Below, one piece after another: positions 9,113-18,742 of a DNA stretch of 64,000 nt. This DNA is from Anaerolineae bacterium (lineage in GTDB: Bacteria; Chloroflexota; Anaerolineae; J102), in the NCBI GenBank assembly GCA_026991225.1, contig JALXCB010000054.1, forward strand, positions 4,277 to 68,276. The letters run 5' to 3'. The position numbers were made by a program, and so were the translations under genes. Each line of letters starts with the position of its first letter. Within the stretch, counting starts at the first letter, position 1. The notes below the pieces were generated by a model. That model saw nothing but the letters and a program-made list of their open reading frames with translations, searched no databases and was not told where the DNA came from.

Positions 9113-10870
9113 CCGATAATGATTCGTAATGGGCAGACGGCGATCCTTGCCAAAGGCCCGCACGGTGATCTTCACGCCCGGCGCGGCCTGCCGCCGTTTG
9201 TATTCGTTGCGATCCACCATGCGGATGATGCGGGCCACCAGGGCCGGGTCGAATCCCCGGGCCACGATCTCCTCCGGGCCCATATCCTGCTCGATATACA
9301 TTTCCAGGATGGGATCGAGGATATCGTACGGAGGCAGGCTGTCGGTGTCCAGTTGATTGGGGCGCAGTTCGGCGCTGGGGGGCTTGATGATGATATGCTC
9401 GGGAATGAGATCGCGTCCGGCCTGGGCGTTGCGCCAGCGGGCCAGCTCCCACACCAGGGTCTTGGGCACGTCCTTGATCACAGCGAAGCCGCCCGCCATG
9501 TCTCCATACAGCGTGGCGTAGCCCACCGCATTCTCGCTCTTGTTGCCCGTGCTCAGCAGCAGCCAGCCGAATTTGTTGGAAAGGGCCATGAGGATGACGC
9601 CGCGCAGCCGGGCCTGAATGTTCTCCTCGGCCACGTCGAACTCCGTGCCGCGGAAGGGGTAGTCGGGCGGGCCGTTCAGCGTCTCCAGCATGGCCTCGAA
9701 GGGCTTTTCGATGGGGATGGTGAGGAAGCGGATGCCCAGGTTCTCCGCAAGCTGGCGGGCGTCGCTTTTGGAATGCTCGGAGGAGAAACGGGAAGGCATG
9801 CTCACCCCCGTCACATTCTCTGCGCCCAGCGCGTCCACGGCGATGACCGCGGTGAGGGCGCTGTCGATGCCGCCGCTCAGGCCCAGCACCACCTGGCTGA
9901 ATCCGTTTTTGCGTACGTAGTCGCGCGTGCCCAGCGCCAGCGCTTGGTACACTTCGCCTACCGGGTCGGGCGCAGGATGGATGTCCGTTTCCCGTTGCAG
10001 TCGGGCCTTGGGTAATCCCCGACTGATGCGCTCACCCGAGACCGTACGGAATGCTTCTCCCTCCTCCGCCAGCGCCCGCAGGGTCTCCCGGCTCTGGCGA
10101 TAGCGGGGATCGTGCAGGCGACGGCGGAAGACTTCATCCAGATCGATATCCACCACCAACAGGGCTTCCTCGAACATAGGCCCGCGGGCCAGCAGCCGGC
10201 CATCGGGCCCGAACACCAGGCTGCGGCCATCGAACACAAGCTCATCCTGCCCCCCCACCAGATTGCAATAGGCCACGAAGGCCACATTGTCCCCCGCCCG
10301 CGTGCTCATCATGCGCTCGCGCGAGTCGCCCTTGCCGCGGGCGTAGGGCGAGGCCGAGATATTCGCCAGCAGCTCCGCGCCCAACAGCGCCTGCCATTGG
10401 GGCGGCCCGCCCGGATACCAGATATCCTCGCAGATGCTTAGCCCTATGCGGTCGCCATCCAGATCGAACAGCAGGGTCTCCTTCCCCGCGCCGAAATAGC
10501 GGTTTTCGTCGAAGACGCCGTAGTTGGGTAGATAATGTTTGGGGTAGAGGCCCAGCAGGCGGCCATCCTGGATGAACGCGGCCGCGTTGAACAGGTCGTA
10601 GTGGTTGGCGACGGGCAGGCCCAGGGCGACGGTGAGTCCGGCAGTGGCGGGCAGCAGATCGTCCAGGGCCCGCCGCGCAGCCGCTATGAAGTCGGGCTTG
10701 AGCAGCAGGTCTTCCGGGGGGTAGCCGGTGATGGCCAGTTCGGGGAAGAGGACAAAATCCGCCTCTTGGGCGCGGGCTTTGTCCAGCCAGGCGCGGATCT
10801 TGGCCGCGTTGCCTTCGATATCGCCGACGGTGACGTTGATTTGGGCCAGGGCAAGACGTAGTGTTCGCAT
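9047..10870 (-). CDS. nadE: Glutamine-dependent NAD+ synthetase
   Basis: Nitrilase domain (FPEL, ICEDIW) plus GLSGGIDS, ENIQAR, TGNKSE and PPSAELRP. Confidence 0.97.
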   Translation of the reverse strand: MRTLRLALAQINVTVGDIEGNAAKIRAWLDKARAQEADFVLFPELAITGYPPEDLLLKPDFIAAARRALDDLLPATAGLTVALGLPVANHYDLFNAAAFIQDGRLLGLYPKHYLPNYGVFDENRYFGAGKETLLFDLDGDRIGLSICEDIWYPGGPPQWQALLGAELLANISASPYARGKGDSRERMMSTRAGDNVAFVAYCNLVGGQDELVFDGRSLVFGPDGRLLARGPMFEEALLVVDIDLDEVFRRRLHDPRYRQSRETLRALAEEGEAFRTVSGERISRGLPKARLQRETDIHPAPDPVGEVYQALALGTRDYVRKNGFSQVVLGLSGGIDSALTAVIAVDALGAENVTGVSMPSRFSSEHSKSDARQLAENLGIRFLTIPIEKPFEAMLETLNGPPDYPFRGTEFDVAEENIQARLRGVILMALSNKFGWLLLSTGNKSENAVGYATLYGDMAGGFAVIKDVPKTLVWELARWRNAQAGRDLIPEHIIIKPPSAELRPNQLDTDSLPPYDILDPILEMYIEQDMGPEEIVARGFDPALVARIIRMVDRNEYKRRQAAPGVKITVRAFGKDRRLPITNHYRPALGNRVGNQGNQKPGRPETR

Positions 10871-10876
10871 GATGCC

Positions 10877-10955
10877 ATTATAGCTTTTCGGCGGGCGGGC
10901 GTCCAATGAAGTTGACAGGAACATGCGTTCTGTTCTAAAATCAGAACATGAATTC
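10877..10955. promoter_or_regulatory. Divergent sigma70 promoters with LexA (GAAC-N4-GTTC) box
   Basis: Plus strand: TTGACA 10912-10917, TAAAAT 10936-10941, GAACATGCGTTC 10919-10930 and a weaker GAACATGAATTC 10944-10955. Minus strand: TTGGAC...TATAAT 6 nt before the nadE ATG. Confidence 0.75.
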
Positions 10956-11859
10956 AGATCGCACCCGCTACGTGGAGATCGACGTCAAGTCCGCGCTGAA
11001 CAAGGTGACCAGCGCCCAATATCCCGACATGCGTTGGTCGCTGAACCCCTACCGCGGCTGCAAGCATGGCTGCGTCTACTGCTACGCCCGCTACACCCAC
11101 ACGTTTTTCGAGCTCGATCCCGACCGGGATTTCTCCTCGGTGGTCTTCGTCAAGCGCAATCTGCCCCAGGTGTTGCGCCAGGAATTACGCAAGCGATCGT
11201 GGCGGCGGGAGCGGGTGTCCATCGGAACGGCCACGGATCCTTATCAGCCCATCGAGGGGCGCTACCGCCTTACCCAGGCGGCGCTGCGCATCCTGCGCGA
11301 CCAGCTCACCCCCGCCAACCTGATCACAAAGAACACCATGTGTCTGCGGGATGCGGAGCTGATGGCGTCATTGCACCGGGCCGCGGGCTTCTCCCTCTGC
11401 ATCTCGCTGATCACCATCGACGAGGCCCTGGCCCGGTCGCTGGAGCCGGATGTGCCCTCGCCCCGCCAGCGACTGCGCGTGGTGCAGGAGCTGGCAAGGT
11501 TGGGCGTGCCCGTAAGCGTGGCCATCGCGCCCGTCATGCCCGGCCTCACGGACAGCGAAGCCCAACTGCGCGATCTCATCCAGGCCATCTACGACCACGG
11601 CGGGCGGCTGGGCTACCACCAAACTTTCAAAATGTACGCGGACACCCGCAAGACCCTGTTCGCCTGGCTGGCGCGGGAGCATCCCCATCTGCTGCTCTGG
11701 TATCAGCGGGTGTATGGCGCAGGGAGCAGTGCGCCGCGGGCGTATGAACGCAAACTCGCGGCCCGCATCGCCCGCATCCACGACGCCATCGCACCCGCCC
11801 AGGTCGATTTTCCTCCCGACCCCGTCGCACCCGTCGGGCAACTGAGCCTGGGATTGTGA
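10948..11859 (+). CDS. SplB-like / Rv2578c-family radical SAM protein, probably DNA repair
   Basis: NPYRGCKHGCVYCYAR and GTATDPYQP motifs; C-terminal QLSL. Confidence 0.88.
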   Translation: MNSDRTRYVEIDVKSALNKVTSAQYPDMRWSLNPYRGCKHGCVYCYARYTHTFFELDPDRDFSSVVFVKRNLPQVLRQELRKRSWRRERVSIGTATDPYQPIEGRYRLTQAALRILRDQLTPANLITKNTMCLRDAELMASLHRAAGFSLCISLITIDEALARSLEPDVPSPRQRLRVVQELARLGVPVSVAIAPVMPGLTDSEAQLRDLIQAIYDHGGRLGYHQTFKMYADTRKTLFAWLAREHPHLLLWYQRVYGAGSSAPRAYERKLAARIARIHDAIAPAQVDFPPDPVAPVGQLSLGL

Positions 11860-11862
11860 ATG

Positions 11863-12015
11863 GCCGTTTTGGAAATCGCGTTGCGTTGGTGTGCAAAAAT
11901 GCCTCGAAGTCCACATTGGGCGAGTTTGCAACCGGCGTCAACCGTCAAGCGTCAGGTCATGACGCATTACGTTTGACGTTTGACGAAATCCGCTTCCCGC
12001 GCCCGTGTAGCGGTC
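11863..12015 (+). repeat. Scaffold repeat element with CGTCAA/TTTGACG heptamer cargo
   Basis: Same flanking blocks (GGAAATCGCGTTGCGTTGG, TTGGGCGAG, GCTTCCCGCG) as 53487-53672 but a different heptamer. Confidence 0.7.
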
Positions 12016-12041
12016 AACGCGCCCCACATTTACCCAAATCC

Positions 12042-14399
12042 TTACCTCCAGAACGCGATCTGATGCCGGAAGTGGAAGCGCTTGTCCAGCCAGGCGCGAA
12101 TGAATCGACTGCGCATACGCAGCCAGGAGTAGTGGGCCTGGGTCAGGTCATCCTGGCTGAGGGGCTGGGGAGCGTATTTGTCGCGGGCGTAGAGCTGCGC
12201 CAGTTGGGTGACGTCGTCCGAGATCTGCGGCAGGGCGTGGGCGAAGACAGCGGCCTGTTCGAAGGGTGTCAGGCTCGGGCGCTCGGGCACGCCTAACATG
12301 CGCCCCCACCACAGCATTCTGCCCCATAGCTTGTCGATGAACTCCTGCGGCGATTGGCGGATGCGGGGGCGGGTAGGCCGGGCGGGAGCCGTGAGCAGCC
12401 GTCGGATGTAGTAAATGGTCAGGCCGACGCCCAGCAACGCCAGGGCGATGAAGAGAAAACCCAGGTTGGACATGATGCGCTCGGCTGCGCCCTGTTCGAT
12501 GCGCACGCTGGGACCGCCTTGAGGGACTTCTTCATCGATTGGGATATTTTTCTCTTGCTCCTTCTTAATCTGATCCAAAATGCTGCTGCGTCCGCCTGGC
12601 GCGGGAGGAACCACCTGCTCACTCAGGCGCTCGATGACCGGCTCCGACACGGTGGGCTCGAATTGAATCCAGCCGTAGGTGGGGAAATAGACCTCCACCC
12701 AGGTGTGAGCATCCTTCTCCAGCAGCCGGTACCCGCCCGACAGCGGGTCATACTCGCCCGTGGCGTAACCCTGGGCCAGCCGCGTAGGGATGCCGAGATG
12801 CCGGAGCATGACGGCCATGGCCGTGGCGTAGTAATCGCAGTAGCCCTTCTTTTCCTCGAAGAGGAAATAATCCGCGGCGTCCTGGCCCGGCTTCGGGCCC
12901 GGAATCTGATCGCTGTATTCGTAGCTGCGGACGTAAGTTTCGACGGCTTTGGCGATGTCGTAGGGGTTGTCGTAGCCCCGGGCCACTTCTTCAGCCAGAT
13001 CGAACACGCGCTGGGGCACGGTGTCGGGCAGTTGCAGATAGCGGGCGCGGATATCGGGCGGATAGACGGTGCTGTCGCTGCGCAGTTGGGATTCGGTGGC
13101 GAAGCTGAGGGAGCTGGTGATGGTGTAAGCTTCACCCGGCTGGATGATGTCCTTCGAGATGATCATGGCCAATTCCGAGACGCCGATGGCCTCCGCGGCC
13201 AGCGCTTCTTCGGGCAACATGCCCTGGGGGATGACGCGGGCGCTGGCGGGGACGCTCACTTTCACGGGCATGGGCGCGCCCATGAGGATGTTCGTGTATT
13301 GCAGCATGGTCACCGTTTGGGTGATGGTGCGGCGGGCGGAGAACTTAGGCGTGGACATGTCCGCAGTCGTCAGGTTGATGTTCACCGTATTCCGCAATTC
13401 CCAGGCGTTGGATACGTAGGTGTCCAGCACGGTGGCCTGGTAGTAGCGGTTCACCGAAGTCTTCACGTCCATCACGGGCTCATTGCTGAGGTTGCGAGCC
13501 CCTTCCAGGGGATGGCTGGGCGTGAAGACGACGCTGGCCGGGGCGGGACCGCCCGATTCCCCATAATTCAGCGTGTTGAACAGCCGCGTCCACTCCTCTT
13601 TCACCTGATTCCACGGGTCCTGCAGGGGATTGATCATCTGCTGGTCATTTTCCGTCAGCGTGCTGGGCAGCACCCAGGAGACGATGACCACGAACAGAAT
13701 GAAGATCACCCCATCCCGCATCACATCGAAACCGATGTCGAAGGGGAAATAGATGCGCTCTCGATACCATTGCTCTTCCCGCTCGGCCAGGGTGGCCCGC
13801 ACCAGCAGCAGCATGGCCGCGACCAGATAGAGGATGAAATAGGCTTTCAGGTCCACGGGCGCATAGTAGAGATTGACCAGCATGGCCAGGCCTGTGGGCA
13901 GCACCGCCTGCCATTTTCGTTGCTCGCGAAAATACACCCAGACCGCGTTGAAGCTGAGGATCCACAACAGGATGGACAGCAGAAGCACGAACACCAGGGT
14001 GTCTGCGCCCGGCTGACCCGCCAGAACGTCGTTGAACCAGGCGAAGGTGCGCTGGATGACCTGATAGACCTCTTCCCGATGGTTGGCTGCGCCCGTGGCC
14101 AGGCTGGAAAGCCCGAACAGGATGGCGGCTGCGCCTGTGACAATGCTGTAAAGGAGAGCGAAGAGCGGGCTGAAGTCGGTGTTCGAGATCAGCGTGGCGG
14201 CCACCACGGCCATGGCCGTGATGGAGACCAGACGGTCCAGGCCCGGGCTCCATCCCGCCGCATCCAGCGACAGGGCCAGAATGGTCAGCATGAAGCCCAG
14301 GAGCAGGAAATCGATCCAGCGGTGGGAGGAGCCGTTGTATGTGGTGGAGACAGCCTCTTCAGAGGAGGCGGGCGTGGTGGGGGCGTATGTGGCGCTCAT
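12042..14399 (-). CDS. Membrane transglutaminase-like protein (TgpA/DUF3488-DUF4129 type)
   Basis: N-terminal TM helices; GYCDYYATAMAVMLR and DAHTWVEVYFPTYGWIQFEPT motifs. Confidence 0.88.
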   Translation of the reverse strand: MSATYAPTTPASSEEAVSTTYNGSSHRWIDFLLLGFMLTILALSLDAAGWSPGLDRLVSITAMAVVAATLISNTDFSPLFALLYSIVTGAAAILFGLSSLATGAANHREEVYQVIQRTFAWFNDVLAGQPGADTLVFVLLLSILLWILSFNAVWVYFREQRKWQAVLPTGLAMLVNLYYAPVDLKAYFILYLVAAMLLLVRATLAEREEQWYRERIYFPFDIGFDVMRDGVIFILFVVIVSWVLPSTLTENDQQMINPLQDPWNQVKEEWTRLFNTLNYGESGGPAPASVVFTPSHPLEGARNLSNEPVMDVKTSVNRYYQATVLDTYVSNAWELRNTVNINLTTADMSTPKFSARRTITQTVTMLQYTNILMGAPMPVKVSVPASARVIPQGMLPEEALAAEAIGVSELAMIISKDIIQPGEAYTITSSLSFATESQLRSDSTVYPPDIRARYLQLPDTVPQRVFDLAEEVARGYDNPYDIAKAVETYVRSYEYSDQIPGPKPGQDAADYFLFEEKKGYCDYYATAMAVMLRHLGIPTRLAQGYATGEYDPLSGGYRLLEKDAHTWVEVYFPTYGWIQFEPTVSEPVIERLSEQVVPPAPGGRSSILDQIKKEQEKNIPIDEEVPQGGPSVRIEQGAAERIMSNLGFLFIALALLGVGLTIYYIRRLLTAPARPTRPRIRQSPQEFIDKLWGRMLWWGRMLGVPERPSLTPFEQAAVFAHALPQISDDVTQLAQLYARDKYAPQPLSQDDLTQAHYSWLRMRSRFIRAWLDKRFHFRHQIAFWR

Positions 14400-14538
14400 G
14401 GAGCATAGGGGTTATGGGAGATACGTTGTAAAAGCGACGAACTGCCCGAGAGTGGGGATAATATCGAAGTGCAGCGGTTCGTCTATACGGACGAAAATGC
14501 GTCGCGGCCAGAGCGGCGCGGGAAGTCGATTTCGTAAT

Positions 14539-14714
14539 TGTAAAGTCTCAAGACATAGTTGACAGGTACGACTCAAAAAGTCTCACGACATAGTTGACAC
14601 TTCTGCTAACCTTCAGGCAAACACCATTCTCTGGAGATTAGCATGAAAGAAAAACATGCTCTTTGCCAATCGAATCAAGAGGAAACCGAAGCGTTACGGC
14701 ATCGCGCCATCGAC
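14539..14714 (+). mobile_element. Relic left end of an IS (IS481-like) with 24 codons of a probable transposase N-terminus
   Basis: Starts TGT; two copies of AAAGTCTCA(A/C)GACATAGTTGACA; GGAG RBS then MKEKHALCQSNQEETEALRHRAID, cut off by a MITE end. Confidence 0.55.
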
Positions 14715-14759
14715 TTTGTGTCCTTTGTGGTTTGTTAACCGGGGTACGTTAGCAGTTAC
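14714..14759. mobile_element. Right-end fragment of GTAAC-family MITE (subtype B)
   Basis: Near-identical to the last 46 bp of 30066-30199. Confidence 0.8.
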
Positions 14760-14790
14760 GTGTTGAGACGTTACAATTACGCATTACGCG

Positions 14791-15690
14791 TCACGGCGTT
14801 GCTGATTCGCGCAGCGAAGGCTGCGGAAATTCTTTGCTCGTTGCTTGATTCTCGACATAAGCAAAGTGGAATCGCTTCTGATAGCGCCGCAGCAGGCGCA
14901 GAACGGGCGCGCCGAAGATGAGGATGAGCGCGGCATTGCCGATTCCCCGCCACGCGTCCCATACGAAGGAGGTGACGACGTAGAACAACGCGTAGGCCCG
15001 GACGATCTGTAAAGGCCCGTCGCCCGGCTGCCAATACATGGCGGCCTGCTGCGGCTGGAACACAAAAGGCCAGAACCACAGATTCATCACCAGGCCGTAG
15101 AACAGCCCCAGCAGCAGACCTACCCCGGCCAGGATGATCATCTCCCACCGGGTTCCGGGCCGCACGTGGGGGATGAGTCCGGCGATGGCCCCCACCCAGC
15201 CTGCGGCGAACATTTGATAGGGCAGCCAGGGCCCCACGCCGCCGGTGAGAAAGGCAGACGCCAGCAGGGTGACCAACCCGGCCAGGAAGCCGAATTGCGC
15301 GCCGAACGCGTATCCCGCCATGATGGGCAGGAAGAACACGCCCGAGAAGCCGCCCGGCCCGGGGATGAAACGCAGGATCGCGCCCACCGCGGCCAGCGCG
15401 CCCAGCACCGCCAGGGTCTTCGCGTTCATCTCGTTGGACTGCACCCCCGCGGCGATGGCGGCCAGGGCCAGCAGGCTCACCAGCGTGAGCATGAGCATGG
15501 CGTCGCCGCTGTGGGCCATCGCGTTCATCTGGCTTTGCTGGGGCGGCGGGCCAAAGAAGGGCGACAGGAACGCGGCCGCGCCCAGCGCGCTGGCCAGGAT
15601 GAGGATCAGGTTGGCGTAGGAGAGGCGGCGCATGATGTCGAAGACTCGTCCAGTGTCCAACGTCGTTGGCGTGGGCGGTTTGGCGTTCAC
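14791..15690 (-). CDS. ECF transporter S component, substrate unknown
   Basis: Hydrophobic; LAVLGALAA...GAQFGFLAG...GGVGPWLPYQM pattern. Confidence 0.8.
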   Translation of the reverse strand: MNAKPPTPTTLDTGRVFDIMRRLSYANLILILASALGAAAFLSPFFGPPPQQSQMNAMAHSGDAMLMLTLVSLLALAAIAAGVQSNEMNAKTLAVLGALAAVGAILRFIPGPGGFSGVFFLPIMAGYAFGAQFGFLAGLVTLLASAFLTGGVGPWLPYQMFAAGWVGAIAGLIPHVRPGTRWEMIILAGVGLLLGLFYGLVMNLWFWPFVFQPQQAAMYWQPGDGPLQIVRAYALFYVVTSFVWDAWRGIGNAALILIFGAPVLRLLRRYQKRFHFAYVENQATSKEFPQPSLRESATP

Positions 15691-15699
15691 GGTTCATTG

Positions 15700-15852
15700 T
15701 TGAACCAGTGACGCGAAGCCCACGTTGGGCGGAGTTGCAAGGAACGTAATGCGTCATGCGTATTCCGTAAGGCCGTTACGCATTACGAATTACGCATTAC
15801 GAGTTCGGCCTCCCGCGCTGTTTTGGCCGTAAGTTTTCGTTCCGTTTCAGCA
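15700..15852 (+). repeat. Scaffold repeat element, heptamer cargo
   Basis: CGAAGCCCACGTTGGGCG...CGTAATG/TTACGCA arrays...CTCCCGCG. Confidence 0.75.
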
Positions 15853-15865
15853 ATCTATCGTGGGT

Positions 15866-17572
15866 TCACCCGCGCATCCGCGCCAAAATCGCGGCCAGGC
15901 GCTCGTTGCCGCCCGCGGGCGGACGCCAGTCCACCCACATGACCTCCGCGCCCTGATCCTTCAGGCTTTCGGCGAAGATCTCCAGGCCCACGTTGATGGC
16001 GCTCAGCGGCCCGCGCAGGCTTTCCAGCGCCACCGGCTGACCTTCGGTCAGCGGGTTCAGGGGCTGGACGCGCTGGCCCGCGTAGGCCACGCCTTCCTGG
16101 TTGCTGGTGAAGACCTTGACGCCCGCGGCCTCCAGCGTTTCGATCTGGGCGGCCATGTCTTGTGGGTCCTCATCCGTGCCCACGACGATGGCCACGAATT
16201 CGAGATGCCGGCCCGCGGCCTCGGCCTGCTGTCGGGCCTCGCCGATGGCCGGAGCCAGTTCGCTGGCCGGATCGGGATGGGAGCCATAGCCCAGCACCAC
16301 GTCCAGAAGGATGAGCGCGGTTTCGGGGTCGGCCGCTTCCTGGTGCAGACGGCGGATGCGCAGGTCGTTGTCCATCATGGGGTGCAGCCGCCCGACCGTG
16401 AACACGTCCTCGCCCAGGTCGACAATCGTGTTGGCCTGGCTTTGCATGGGGTTGGCCAGGTCGGCTACGCCGTCGAGATGGAGGTTGGCGTAGAGGTTGG
16501 GGAGCATGTCGCGCAGGATGAGCAGGGCCTCGTAGGCCAGGGTGCCGCCTGAGAACAGCCCCCGCAGGTATTTCTGGCCCGGCGCGAAGGGACTGGCTTC
16601 CGGGGCGGGCGCTTCCTCGGGCAGGTCGTTCAGCAGGGCGACGGCCATCTCCGCGGCTTCATCCAGGGTGCGGGCGAAGTGCAGGTTGCCGTCCACCGCT
16701 TTATCCGGCTCGAAGCCGATGAAATCGACCACGACCGGTTTACTCGTGGCCCGGGCCGCGCGCAGCAGGTTGCGGGCCACGCGTTCGGCCGGAGGTTTGG
16801 AGATGATGACGATGACCCGGGTGTCGGGGTCGCGACGGAAGACGTCCAGGGCCTGGAGCGCGGTGATGGCCCCGACCTCCTCTTTCAGGTCCCGACCGCC
16901 CGTGCCCAAACCATGCGTCACCCCCGCGCCCAACTGGTGGATGCGGGCGGTGACCTGTTGCAGGCCCGTGCCCGAGGCCGCGACCACGCCGATGGCGCCT
17001 TTGCGCACCTTGTTGGCGAAGCCCAGCCCCACGCCGTCCACGATGGCAGTGCCGCAGTCGGGCCCCATCACCAGCAGGCCCCTGTCCCGGGCCTCCTGCT
17101 TCAGGCTCACCTCATCTTCCAGCGAGACGTTATCGCTGAAGAGGAAGATATGCTTGCCCAATTCCAGGCCCTTGCGCGCGACTCCGGCCGCGTACTGGCC
17201 CGCCACCGACACCAACACCCATTGCGCGTCGGGCAGCATCTCCGCCGCAGACTCGATGCTCTTGGGGCGATAGCCCTCCTGCGCCGCGCTGGATTGGCGC
17301 TGGGTGAGCAGCGCATCCACCTGGGCCAGGGCGTCCTGGGCCGCGGCCTCGCTCTCAGCTTTGACCACGATGATGAGGTCGTCTGCGCCCGCGGCCTGGG
17401 CTTCGGGCGTGAGCAGGTCGCTTTGGATGAGAATGTCTTTGTTGGCGTCCGTGCCCATGACCACGCCCGCATCCAGCACGCCGGGCAGGGCCGCAAGCTC
17501 CCGCTGCAATTGCATCAGCACAACGGAATCGTAATACGCACCGCGTCGGATTTCGGATTGAATAGCACTCAT
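15866..17572 (-). CDS. fdrA: FdrA/YahF acyl-CoA synthetase-like protein
   Basis: YYDSVVLM, FSDNV, MGPDCGT, GTGGRDL, GRLHPM and VDWRPPAGG motifs. Confidence 0.92.
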   Translation of the reverse strand: MSAIQSEIRRGAYYDSVVLMQLQRELAALPGVLDAGVVMGTDANKDILIQSDLLTPEAQAAGADDLIIVVKAESEAAAQDALAQVDALLTQRQSSAAQEGYRPKSIESAAEMLPDAQWVLVSVAGQYAAGVARKGLELGKHIFLFSDNVSLEDEVSLKQEARDRGLLVMGPDCGTAIVDGVGLGFANKVRKGAIGVVAASGTGLQQVTARIHQLGAGVTHGLGTGGRDLKEEVGAITALQALDVFRRDPDTRVIVIISKPPAERVARNLLRAARATSKPVVVDFIGFEPDKAVDGNLHFARTLDEAAEMAVALLNDLPEEAPAPEASPFAPGQKYLRGLFSGGTLAYEALLILRDMLPNLYANLHLDGVADLANPMQSQANTIVDLGEDVFTVGRLHPMMDNDLRIRRLHQEAADPETALILLDVVLGYGSHPDPASELAPAIGEARQQAEAAGRHLEFVAIVVGTDEDPQDMAAQIETLEAAGVKVFTSNQEGVAYAGQRVQPLNPLTEGQPVALESLRGPLSAINVGLEIFAESLKDQGAEVMWVDWRPPAGGNERLAAILARMRG

Positions 17573-17589
17573 GGCGTCGAACCTCCAGG

Positions 17590-18237
17590 TCAGTCTTCGT
17601 TGCCCGAAAGGAGCAGCGCCATGGCCAGGGCAATGAGGAACGCGAGCAGCGCGCCTCCGATGGCGAAGGCCAAAGGTCGCTTTTCGGGCGGAATGTATTC
17701 GTCGAAGACATCGCGGGCCACGCCCAGGGCCACCTCCATCTCGGAAGGAGGCGCATACTCCACAGCCACGGCCTCCTCACCTTCGGCGGGGGGATGCAGT
17801 TGGGCCTGGGTGAGCCGGTCCAGGCTTTCCAGCCCCTGGCGGACGATGGACTTGGCCGTCGTCTCCACCAGTCGCTGCCCCACGCTGGCGATGCGCCCGC
17901 CCACCTGGGCGGAGCCCGAATAGGTCAGCACGGTCTTGCCGTCCACCTCTTCCAGTATGGCGTCGCCGCCCCCGCGAAGGAAGCCTTGCGCGCCCCGGCC
18001 ATCGACATCCATGTGGAATTTTTCCGGCTCCTGCAGGTCGGAAAGCACGACTTTGCCGTTGAATTTGCCCTGGACGGGCCCGACGCGCACGTCCATGACG
18101 CCGGTGAATTCGGTGTCGCTGACTTTCTCCAGACGTTCGACGCCAGGGAGAATGTTCGCCAGGACCTCGGGGTCCATCAGCGCCTGCCAGATGACTTCGC
18201 GAGGCGCATTGAAGGTGTAGCTGCCATTGAGTTCCAC
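17590..18237 (-). CDS. coxG: CoxG/SRPBCC family protein with C-terminal membrane anchor
   Basis: VGPVQGKFNG and AQVGGRIASVGQRL motifs. Confidence 0.85.
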   Translation of the reverse strand: MELNGSYTFNAPREVIWQALMDPEVLANILPGVERLEKVSDTEFTGVMDVRVGPVQGKFNGKVVLSDLQEPEKFHMDVDGRGAQGFLRGGGDAILEEVDGKTVLTYSGSAQVGGRIASVGQRLVETTAKSIVRQGLESLDRLTQAQLHPPAEGEEAVAVEYAPPSEMEVALGVARDVFDEYIPPEKRPLAFAIGGALLAFLIALAMALLLSGNED

Positions 18238-18364
18238 GATATCTCTCCTTTGAGAGGGAATGGGTTGAATTGTTCACAGGTGGACTTTGATTGTACCACT
18301 GCGGGAAAAAGCCCACCAAACCTTCTCCTCTTTTTTGGAGTGATGTGAGTTGTTTTGAAAATCG

Positions 18365-18508
18365 GTAACTGCTAAGGTAGTTGGCCCCAATCGCCCCTTT
18401 TTTGCCACGAAGACACGAAGGAAACGAAGGCGCGAAGTCATTCAAAAAAGATTTTATCCGTGTTTCCTCGTATCCGTGTCGAATGAACAGGGCTACGTTA
18501 GCAGTTAC
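18365..18508. mobile_element. 144-bp GTAAC-family MITE (subtype A)
   Basis: TIR GTAACTGCTAA/TTAGCAGTTAC, perfect 8-bp TSD GAAAATCG; identical to 35648-35791. Confidence 0.93.
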
Positions 18509-18742
18509 GAAAATCGGGTGGATAAACCAGGAAACCGGTAGACCAGGAAGGGGAGCGACGTGGCCCGGTTTCCCTGGTTTTCTGGTCTACTGGTTTACGG
18601 GGCTACGCACTCCGCCATTTTCATCCGTATCGGCGCGGGCTTTCGCTCGCAGCGCCTGCTTTGTAAGGAGGATTGCTTGCCTCGGCCATCGCGTTATGTT
18701 AGACTGGGGCCAATCCCCCATGTCGCTCCCCCGAAGGTCATC

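Noticed and set aside
14542..14599. Two 23-bp direct repeats as a mini CRISPR array
   Set aside because: Only two units with a 12-nt gap and no cas genes; the context fits an IS end.
15691..15865. Riboswitch upstream of the ECF S component
   Set aside because: The spacer is filled by a scaffold repeat copy; I could not recognise cobalamin, TPP or other aptamer motifs.
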